Source of the DNA: Kofleriaceae bacterium
GTDB lineage: Bacteria > Myxococcota_A > Polyangia > Haliangiales > Haliangiaceae
Direction of reading: 5' to 3'
DNA: 64,000 nt
NCBI GenBank assembly: GCA_046597055.1
Contig: JBKJLC010000293.1
Span: 32,001 to 96,000 of the forward strand
The notes below the pieces were generated by a model, which saw only the letters and a list, made by a program, of their open reading frames with translations, was not told the origin of the DNA and did no database searches. The position numbers were made by a program, and so were the translations under genes. Below, one piece after another: positions 36,143 to 42,080 of the stretch. The stretch's first letter is position 1, and each line of letters opens with the position of its first letter.

Positions 36143-36216
36143 TGGAGCACTCGCCCGGATTTGCACCGGGATGACACGGTTTGCAGCCATGCGCCTGACT
36201 CTTCGGCCACGAGTGC
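36143..36216 (-). tRNA. tRNA-Cys(GCA), CCA encoded
   Basis: Loop CTGCAAA; U73; ends TCCA. Confidence 0.85.
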
Positions 36217-36220
36217 GTGG

Positions 36221-36294
36221 TGGTGGACCCGGGGGGATTCGAACCCCCGTCTCTGCTGTGCGAGAGCAGGATCTTGCCGCTGGACGACAGGCCC
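36221..36294 (-). tRNA. tRNA-Ala(CGC), CCA encoded
   Basis: Loop CTCGCAC; G3:U70. Confidence 0.88.
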
Positions 36295-36308
36295 GGAAGG
36301 AACACGAG

Positions 36309-36381
36309 CGGCCCTGACGGGAATCGAACCCGCCTGGATCTCATAGACAGTGAGAGAACGTCACCAGACGTATCCAGGGCC
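36309..36381 (-). tRNA. tRNA-Asp(GTC)
   Basis: Loop CTGTCTA; G73. Confidence 0.8.
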
Positions 36382-36403
36382 GTGAACGAGAGACGAATGA
36401 TGT

Positions 36404-36477
36404 TGGTGGAGTCGGACGGATTCGCACCGTCGTCACTGACATGCCGAGCCAGTGTTCTGCTGTTGAACTACGACCCC
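36404..36477 (-). tRNA. tRNA-Ala(GGC), CCA encoded
   Basis: Loop TCGGCAT; G3:U70. Confidence 0.8.
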
Positions 36478-36481
36478 GGGG

Positions 36482-36554
36482 TCCCGTCGATGGGAATCGA
36501 ACCCACCTGGTACTGGGAGACAGCCAGCTGACGTCACCAGACGTCTCCGACGAG
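36482..36554 (-). tRNA. tRNA-Asp(GTC), second copy, A73
   Basis: Loop CTGTCTC; D arm shared with the 36309 copy. Confidence 0.7.
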
Positions 36555-36564
36555 CAGACAGACG

Positions 36565-36635
36565 TGGAGCTGGAGGGAATCGCACCCCCGTCGCTGGCAT
36601 GTCGGACCAGCATTCTGCTGTTGAACTACAGCTCC
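36565..36635 (-). tRNA. tRNA-Val(GAC)
   Basis: Loop CCGACAT; acceptor GGAGCTG/CAGCTCC. Confidence 0.78.
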
Positions 36636-36639
36636 TCAG

Positions 36640-36711
36640 TCGGAATGACAGGACTTGCACCTGCAGCCTCACCGTCCCGAACGGCGCGTTCTTCTATTGA
36701 ACTACATCCCG
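36640..36711 (-). tRNA. tRNA-Pro(CGG)
   Basis: Loop TTCGGGA; C1:G72, A73. Confidence 0.85.
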
Positions 36712-36814
36712 AGGCGGACGAGGGCCCGACCCGGGGGGGCCGGTCGGACAGGTCCTCGTCCTGTGGAAACATGAGAGCTCGGCCGCAGGCGCCGCCTGAC
36801 GCGAACGTAGTGAG

Positions 36815-36900
36815 CGGAAGGAAAGGGAATCGAACCCTCGACACATGGATCCTGTGCGCGCGATTAGCAGTCGCGGTCCTCGACCAGCCGGACTCCTTCC
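36815..36900 (-). tRNA. tRNA-Ser(GCT)
   Basis: Loop CTGCTAA; long variable arm; G73. Confidence 0.85.
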
Positions 36901-36972
36901 CGAACCGACCCACGACGGACGCTGACTGTCGACCGAGATCGGCAGCCGGGCTCCGGGGTGGGTATCGGTTTG

Positions 36973-37064
36973 CGGAGGGAGAGGGAGTCGAACCCCCAAG
37001 GCATCTCGAAGATGCTCGCGCGGCTTTCGAAACCGGCACCGTCGCCACATCGGCTTGCCCCTCC
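36973..37064 (-). tRNA. tRNA-Ser(CGA)
   Basis: Loop TTCGAAA; long variable arm; G73. Confidence 0.85.
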
Positions 37065-37178
37065 AGATCGATGCCTCACGCGCCACCCTGCTGGCGCCAC
37101 GACCGGGGCCATCACTCCCTGGTCGCGGCGCTCCGCCGCCGCCGCCCACCCGCCGCCACGTGTGTCAACGCGAGAGAG

Positions 37179-37727
37179 TCACGAGGCCAGCTCCCCGTCG
37201 CTCTCGATCTCGCCGGTCCAGTACAAGTAGTCACGCCACGCGTCAGGCATCGACCGCGTGCTGACCCTGATCGTCACCGCCGGCACCCAGGTCGGGCGCG
37301 CCGGCTCCATCCGCAGCTTCATCCCGGCCTCGGCCGGCGTCCGGTTGCCCTTCGATCCGTTGCACGGATAGCAGCAGGTCACGATGTTCTCCCAGGTGGT
37401 CTTGCCGCCGCGGGCACGGGGAACCACGTGGTCGTAGGTCAGCTCCGCCAGCGTGCACTTGGTCGCGCAGTACTGGCACTTGTAGCCGTCACGCGCGTAG
37501 ATGTTCACGCGCGAGAACTTGACGGGCTTGCGGTATCGCCGGAACGCACGGATCAACCGCACGACCGCCGGCACCTTGATGATGAGCGTCACCGCTCGGA
37601 TCTCGGCGTCGTACTCCTCGACCACCTCCACCTTGCCGAGGGTCAGGAGGGTGATCGCCCGCTGCCACGGGATGACCTTGATGGGCTCGTACCCCTGCGA
37701 CAGGAGCAGCGTCGTCGCGTGACTCAT
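37179..37727 (-). CDS. HNH endonuclease inside the tRNA array
   Basis: RDGYKCQYC, TYDHVVPRARGG, WENIVTCCYPCNGSKGN. Confidence 0.93.
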   Translation of the reverse strand: MSHATTLLLSQGYEPIKVIPWQRAITLLTLGKVEVVEEYDAEIRAVTLIIKVPAVVRLIRAFRRYRKPVKFSRVNIYARDGYKCQYCATKCTLAELTYDHVVPRARGGKTTWENIVTCCYPCNGSKGNRTPAEAGMKLRMEPARPTWVPAVTIRVSTRSMPDAWRDYLYWTGEIESDGELAS

Positions 37728-37789
37728 GACGGTCCGTGTTCCTTTCCCCGGTCACTGTCTTTCAGGCGCGCCCCGGTGCCAGCGCGCCA

Positions 37790-37811
37790 TCGGCCCACGA
37801 CGTGTGGGCAA
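37790..37811 (-). promoter_or_regulatory. Ro-site-like bulged-C hairpin upstream of the HNH gene
   Basis: TTGCCCAC-ACGTC-GTGGG[C]CGA. Confidence 0.55.
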
Positions 37812-37824
37812 AAACTGCGTGTCG

Positions 37825-37899
37825 TGCCCTCCGTCGGATTCGAACCGACACTGCCCAGATTCTGAGACTGGTGACTCCTTCCAGTTGGTCTAGGAGGGC
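37825..37899 (-). tRNA. tRNA-Leu(CAG) with short variable region
   Basis: Loop CTCAGAA; variable region only GCAGT; A73. Confidence 0.75.
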
Positions 37900-37900
37900 G

Positions 37901-37977
37901 TGGAGTGATCGACGGGACTCGCACCCGCTAGGACGAGGTTCACGGCCTCGCGCCTGGACGACTTTGGCTTCGATCAC
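37901..37977 (-). tRNA. tRNA-His(GTG), atypical (U73, no encoded G-1), CCA encoded
   Basis: Loop CCGTGAA; acceptor GTGATCG/CGATCAC. Confidence 0.75.
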
Positions 37978-37979
37978 GG

Positions 37980-38050
37980 TCCGCCCGGGAGGAATCGCAC
38001 CTCCGTCGTCCGGTTATCGGCCGGGTGCTCTGCTGTTGAGCTACGGGTGG
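37980..38050 (-). tRNA. tRNA-Ile(GAT)
   Basis: Loop CCGATAA. Confidence 0.75.
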
Positions 38051-38057
38051 GAAAGAC

Positions 38058-38185
38058 TGGGGTGGGTGGCCTGGATTCGAACCTGGCATCTGCGGCTCCC
38101 TGAGAACCCTCTTCTGACGGCCCGGTGACGGGCAAGCTGACGAGGAGGGGCCATAACCGCCGTCCTGCCACTGGACGACACCCAC
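38058..38185 (-). ncRNA. tRNA-shaped Y-RNA-like element A, CCA encoded
   Basis: Acceptor, D and T arms intact; anticodon loop replaced by ~60 nt containing CTTGCCCG-TCAC-CGGGCCG. Confidence 0.75.
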
Positions 38186-38199
38186 GTACGAAGTAGCAG

Positions 38200-38326
38200 T
38201 GCAGGCAGCTGGACTCGAACCAGCGTCACACGCGTTAACACGATAACCATCCAGCGTCGGCCCGCGACCGGGCGAGGTGAGTACAGGACGGATCCACGTT
38301 GCGCTACCGGGCTGAGCTACACCTGC
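38200..38326 (-). ncRNA. tRNA-shaped Y-RNA-like element B
   Basis: Insert with CTCGCCCG-GTCG-CGGGCCGA...GGATGGTTATCG. Confidence 0.75.
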
Positions 38327-38347
38327 GAAGAAACACAACACGAGTCG

Positions 38348-38472
38348 TGTGGACGGCCGGAGTCGAACCGGCGCGTGCGGTTTGCGACGATAACCGACTT
38401 CGACGGCCCGTGACCGGGCGAGGGTTGTGAAGACGAGATCTTTCCGCCGTCCTACCGTTAGACGACGTCCAC
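38348..38472 (-). ncRNA. tRNA-shaped Y-RNA-like element C
   Basis: Insert with CTCGCCCG-GTCA-CGGGCCG...GGTTATCG. Confidence 0.75.
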
Positions 38473-38477
38473 GTGCG

Positions 38478-38605
38478 TGCAGGTGGCTGGATTCGAACCA
38501 GCGGCCAACGGATTGATAATCGATGACCATCCGACATCGGCCCGTCGCCGGGCGAGGTTGTGAAGGACGGGTTTACGTTGCTCTACCGGACTGAGCTACA
38601 CCTGC
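38478..38605 (-). ncRNA. tRNA-shaped Y-RNA-like element D
   Basis: Insert with CTCGCCCG-GCGA-CGGGCCGA...GGATGGTCATCG. Confidence 0.75.
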
Positions 38606-38620
38606 AAAGAAAAACATGCG

Positions 38621-38692
38621 TCTGGATGACTGGAATCGCACCAGCGGCCTCGTGATCCCCGAACACGCGCCCTGCTCCTGAGCTACACCCAG
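38621..38692 (-). tRNA. tRNA-Pro(GGG)
   Basis: Loop TCGGGGA; C1:G72, A73. Confidence 0.75.
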
Positions 38693-38693
38693 A

Positions 38694-38792
38694 TGGGGCG
38701 GGACTTTGGATTCGAACCATGTAGACCGATAACCATCCATCGTTCGGCCCGTTTCCGGGCAAGGGCACTTTGATAGACGGACTCGTCCCGCC
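38694..38792 (-). ncRNA. Y-RNA-like element E without a D arm
   Basis: GGCGGGAC/GTCCCGCC-CCA stem, GGTTCGAATCC, CTTGCCCG-GAAA-CGGGCCGA...GGTTATCG. Confidence 0.7.
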
Positions 38793-38797
38793 AGAAG

Positions 38798-38867
38798 TCG
38801 CAACGGAAGGACTCGAACCTTCACCGGCGCGGATATGAGCCGCGCGTCCTCGCCCGAGGTCGCTGCG
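38798..38867 (-). tRNA. tRNA-Met/Ile2(CAT), small D loop
   Basis: Stem CGCGG/CCGCG; loop CTCATAT. Confidence 0.72.
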
Positions 38868-38868
38868 A

Positions 38869-38939
38869 TGGGGCAACGGCGGGAGTCGCACCCACTGACC
38901 GGCGGGAACCCCGCCGGTCCTCCACGCGAACTCGTTGCC
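38869..38939 (-). pseudogene. Degenerate tRNA-like element (GTT in an over-paired anticodon arm)
   Basis: GGCAACG/CGTTGCC-CCA; T loop GGTGCGACTCC; CCGGCGGG-GTT-CCCGCCGG. Confidence 0.55.
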
Positions 38940-38944
38940 ACGAG

Positions 38945-39011
38945 CACGCCGCCAGAGAATCGAACTCTGCAGTCCGGGGTTGGAATCCAGACTCTTCCCA
39001 GAAGGCGACGC
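38945..39011 (-). tRNA. tRNA-Trp(CCA), shortened D arm
   Basis: Loop TTCCAAC; G73. Confidence 0.65.
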
Positions 39012-39080
39012 AAGTTGCAAGCATCAACATGTCACTTCCACTCCCCTCCAGTTACAGCTCGAGAATAGAAGTGGCGATCG

Positions 39081-39150
39081 TGCCACCGACAGGATTCGAA
39101 CCCGTACCGACGACGTTCGTAGCGTCGCGTCCCATCCTCGGGACGGTGGC
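39081..39150 (-). tRNA. tRNA-Arg(ACG)
   Basis: Stem CGACG/CGTCG; loop CTACGAA. Confidence 0.8.
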
Positions 39151-39152
39151 AG

Positions 39153-39345
39153 ACAGGCAAGTGGCTGTGTTGGAGTGCGCCTTGTTCAGGGGCGCGGCGT
39201 CCAGAGCGCGCGGTTGCCCGTTTACGCTCGTCGACACGCACGCGGCGATCTACGAGAGACCGCCTCGCGCTGGCTCGCATCGGTCGCCCGATGGTCGCTA
39301 CCTTGGGCCCGTTATAGTTACGGTAACCAACACATTCCGGCCCGT
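39153..39345 (-). ncRNA. Y-RNA-like RNA carrying a 23S rRNA H69-H71-like module
   Basis: Termini ACGGG[C]CGG / CTTGCCTGT; inner stem TGTGTTGG/CCAACACA; contains CCGTAACTATAACGGGCCCAAGGTAGCGA. Confidence 0.7.
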
Positions 39346-39349
39346 GACG

Positions 39350-39422
39350 TATCCCTGGGGGGAATCGAACCCGCCATACCTGGTTTGAGAGACCAGTAGA
39401 CTGACCACTGTCTGACAGGGAC
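39350..39422 (-). tRNA. tRNA-Glu(CTC)
   Basis: Stem CTGGT/ACCAG; loop CTCTCAA. Confidence 0.82.
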
Positions 39423-39472
39423 ATCTTCGCGTGGCGCTTGCGCCCAAGGCGCCTCACGCCACGCGATCTTCG

Positions 39473-39545
39473 AGGGCCCGGCGGGAATCGAACCCGCACC
39501 TCGCAGTTTAACAGACTGCCGCTCAGCCAGTTGAGCTTCGGACCC
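39473..39545 (-). tRNA. tRNA-Asn(GTT)
   Basis: Stem GCAGT/ACTGC; loop CTGTTAA. Confidence 0.85.
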
Positions 39546-39617
39546 AGACACGCCACGGTCGTGAGACCGCGGCGCGTGCGTGTTGAGGGCGACTCTCGTC
39601 GTGGCCTGGGCCGAAGC

Positions 39618-41255
39618 CTAGGCGCGGGCGAAGTCGCTGATCACCGGCGGCGTCGCCGTGTCGAAACCGACCACGTCGAGCATGCCGGCGTCGTTCGGGT
39701 CCGCGATCGTGAACCCGTTCGAGGTCATCCCGACCACCACCAGCTTGGCCGGGATGCCGCGCGCCTGTCGATAGGCGCGCAGGGCCTGGGCCGGGTGCAC
39801 GCTCCCGGCCCAGGTCTCGCTGTCCGTGTACACCACGAAGGTGTCCACATCCACCTTGTGCCGCTGCGCCCAGATCATCGGGAGCGCGCAGTCGGTTCCA
39901 CCCATCGGCAGCTTGGCGACCGCCGCGACCACGTCGTCGAGCCGCTGGCGCGGCGAGATCGACAGGGTCGTGATGCCCGACTCGCCACCGCCGTGCATGC
40001 CGCCGTAGCCACCGCTCGCCGCGGTGAAGCCCACGAACGTGTGGTCACGCTCGGTCGCCGCGGTGATCAGCGCCATCGCCGCGCTGCCGACCCGCGGCGT
40101 CAGGCCGGGCACCCCGGCGATGGTGCCGCACGCCATCGAGCCCGACACGTCGAGCGCGAGCAGCATGCGCTTGCCGGCCGGCTCGACCGCCTTGAACGAG
40201 GCGTAGAACGCACCGTCCAGGGCGTCGATGATCGGCGTCACCGGCGTCCAGGTGCCGCTGCCACGGACGCTCTTGCCACCCTGGTAGGTCAGGAGCGCCG
40301 CCAGGACCGCGACCGGGTGGACGCGGGCCTTGGCGATCCGGTTCGCATCACCCAGCCGCGCGACCACGGTGTTGGTCGCGTTGGCACCCGGCGCGAGCAA
40401 GCCCGCACGGGTCATCGTGGCCAGGTTCCGGATCATCGCCGTCATGGGCATGTCGACCAGCAGCGCGTCCCACACGCCGGCGTCGTTCAGCCAGCGCGTC
40501 GGCAGCGTCTCGCGCGGCAGCCGGAACTCGCGCACCAGCGCCGCCACCTCGGCCGCAGTACCGGCCGCCTTCACCGCCTCCATGCCGATCAGCAACCGCA
40601 GCGCCGGGTCGGCGCTCGCGCCATCCGGCACGGTTCCCTTGGTCACCCACGAGAACAGCCGATCGTGCGATGGCGACGCGGCGCGCGGGTGCGCGAGCCG
40701 CAGCAGGTCTCGGTTCGACCAGCCGTCCCGCTGCTGGTACTTCACCAGCTGCAGCGCGAGGTCGGCCGCCGGCTTGTCGTTGAACCAGCCGGCCACCGCC
40801 TTGCGCATGCCACGGCCCCAGCCGCCGAAGCCCTGCGCGTACTCCGCGAAGTGCATGAGGTGAGTGCCGATGCGGCAGACCGTCGGCAGGGCAGCGTAGG
40901 CGCTCTTGCGAGTCGCCTCGTCGCCGAGCTTGGCGGCCAGCGCCAGGGCGAAGATCGCCGGGTCGTTCTTGGGCGCCCGACCCGCCTGCGAGATCTCGGC
41001 GATCCGCGCGACCGTGCGCGGACCGTCGGCTGCCACGCAGCGGACCACCGTCTGGGCAGTCTCGAGCGTCAGCTTCTGCTCGGAGATGTAGTAGGTGCCG
41101 CCCTCGCTACCCAGGATGAGGAAGCGATCGAGCCGCGCCCAGTCGTCGACCGGCCAGGCGAAGCCCCCGGCCAGGTTCGGCACCTGCGCCGTACCCGGGA
41201 TCGGCTGCGACTGCGGCGTCGCCTGCGTCGAGAAGAACTTGGTGAACTTGAACAC
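39618..41255 (-). CDS. rsr: Ro60 / TROVE-domain RNA-binding protein
   Basis: TPQSQPIPG, RLDRFLILGSEGGTYY, KYQQRDGW, AMIRNLATMT, vWA DVSGSM, GGTDCALP, TDSETW; GTG start with GGAGG. Confidence 0.96.
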   Translation of the reverse strand: MFKFTKFFSTQATPQSQPIPGTAQVPNLAGGFAWPVDDWARLDRFLILGSEGGTYYISEQKLTLETAQTVVRCVAADGPRTVARIAEISQAGRAPKNDPAIFALALAAKLGDEATRKSAYAALPTVCRIGTHLMHFAEYAQGFGGWGRGMRKAVAGWFNDKPAADLALQLVKYQQRDGWSNRDLLRLAHPRAASPSHDRLFSWVTKGTVPDGASADPALRLLIGMEAVKAAGTAAEVAALVREFRLPRETLPTRWLNDAGVWDALLVDMPMTAMIRNLATMTRAGLLAPGANATNTVVARLGDANRIAKARVHPVAVLAALLTYQGGKSVRGSGTWTPVTPIIDALDGAFYASFKAVEPAGKRMLLALDVSGSMACGTIAGVPGLTPRVGSAAMALITAATERDHTFVGFTAASGGYGGMHGGGESGITTLSISPRQRLDDVVAAVAKLPMGGTDCALPMIWAQRHKVDVDTFVVYTDSETWAGSVHPAQALRAYRQARGIPAKLVVVGMTSNGFTIADPNDAGMLDVVGFDTATPPVISDFARA

Positions 41256-41261
41256 GGCACG

Positions 41262-41322
41262 CCTCCGGCCCACGCGGTGGGCACTGCTGGTTGGGCTCGG
41301 CCACGCACCATGCGCGGCGAGC
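41262..41322 (-). promoter_or_regulatory. Two Ro-site-like hairpins in the rsr leader, one abutting the SD
   Basis: GCTCGCCGCGCA-TGG-TGCGTGG[C]CGAGC and TGCCCAC-CGC-GTGGG[C]CG-GAGG. Confidence 0.6.
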
Positions 41323-41417
41323 GAGATCTGTAATGAGGAATCGCTTCGCGAAGCGCTCGATGCCTCCCGGCGGCATCGCCGCCGCACCACCGGAGGTGGC
41401 GGACTGGCGAGTCTTCG

Positions 41418-41489
41418 AGCCGGTCGGAGGAATCGAACCTCGTTGGGTCGCTTACGGAACGACTGCTCGCCCAGCGAGCTACGACCGGC
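41418..41489 (-). tRNA. tRNA-Thr(CGT)
   Basis: Loop TCCGTAA; GGTTCGATTCC. Confidence 0.75.
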
Positions 41490-41497
41490 GGAAACTG

Positions 41498-41556
41498 GCG
41501 GACAAGTGGCACTCGTGGGGGTCTGTTATCAGGAGAACCCACGAGCATCGGCCCGC
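41498..41556 (-). ncRNA. Minimal (~59 nt) Y-RNA-like stem
   Basis: GCGGG[C]CGA-T-GCTCGTGGG...CCCACGAGT-GCCAC-TTGTCCGC. Confidence 0.7.
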
Positions 41557-41560
41557 GCAG

Positions 41561-41631
41561 AGCGGCGCGCGGGAGTTGCACCCGCACGGTCAGGGTGGAG
41601 GCCTGGCATGCTGCTGTTACATCAGCGCCGC
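41561..41631 (-). tRNA. tRNA-Gly(TCC)
   Basis: Loop CCTCCAC; U73. Confidence 0.78.
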
Positions 41632-41641
41632 GACACGAAAG

Positions 41642-41712
41642 AGCAGGTGGTGGGAATCGAACCCGCGATCCCGGCATGGCGTACCGGTGTGTCACCACAA
41701 CACTTCACCTGC
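41642..41712 (-). tRNA. tRNA-Gly(GCC)
   Basis: Loop ACGCCAT; U73. Confidence 0.75.
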
Positions 41713-41795
41713 GGCGGTGTGCCTCGAGTGTCCTCGGGGCCACCTGACGGTCGTCGGCGCGCTCGGCAGGGCTTCGCGCGTCGACGAACGCATCG

Positions 41796-41870
41796 TGGGT
41801 CGGGCGGGAATCGAACCCGCGTCGGGGCAGATTAAGAATCTGCTGCAAAGCCAGCGTTTGCTACCGACCC
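41796..41870 (-). tRNA. tRNA-Lys(CTT)
   Basis: Stem GCAGA/TCTGC; loop TTCTTAA. Confidence 0.85.
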
Positions 41871-41899
41871 AGTTGCCGCGCCAGGCGCGGCGAGTCTCG

Positions 41900-41972
41900 T
41901 CCCACCCCCTGGAATCGAACCAGGACCTCTCGGGCTTCAGCCAAGCGCGCAGACCACATGCGCCAGGGTGGG
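41900..41972 (-). tRNA. tRNA-Phe(GAA)
   Basis: Loop CTGAAGC. Confidence 0.8.
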
Positions 41973-42063
41973 GTTGTGCGGTCGCCGCCGACCGCTGGGG
42001 AGCGGGTGACGACGACCTTCCGAAATGGGCGCCCGCGCTACCGGGCGCCCCATCATTCGTCTC

Positions 42064-42080
42064 TTCGGTTGTCAGAGATC
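42064..42080 (-). promoter_or_regulatory. Possible boxA-like antitermination element
   Basis: GATCTCTGACAACCGAA resembles rrn leader boxA-type sequences. Confidence 0.35.

Noticed and set aside
36716..36761. GC-rich spacer hairpin as another Y RNA
   Set aside because: Lacks the bulged-C GG[C]CG helix; treated as a generic spacer stem
38058..38605. Intron-containing tRNA genes
   Set aside because: The ~60-nt inserts are too short for group I/II introns, I saw no bulge-helix-bulge or consistent reconstituted anticodon loop, and the same module occurs in non-tRNA contexts (41498, 39153)
38058..38792. CRISPR array
   Set aside because: The repeated motif is degenerate, embedded in structured RNAs, and no cas genes are present
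39295..39323. rRNA gene or simple 23S remnant; homing-endonuclease (I-CeuI-type) target
   Set aside because: Similarity is confined to ~29 nt inside a Y-like stem with no further colinear 23S sequence; I-CeuI is a LAGLIDADG enzyme and none is encoded here. A link to the HNH cannot be excluded
41256..41390. N-terminal extension of rsr given by the ORF track
   Set aside because: Ro60-like sequence starts at GTG 41255, which has a GGAGG; the upstream part is structured leader
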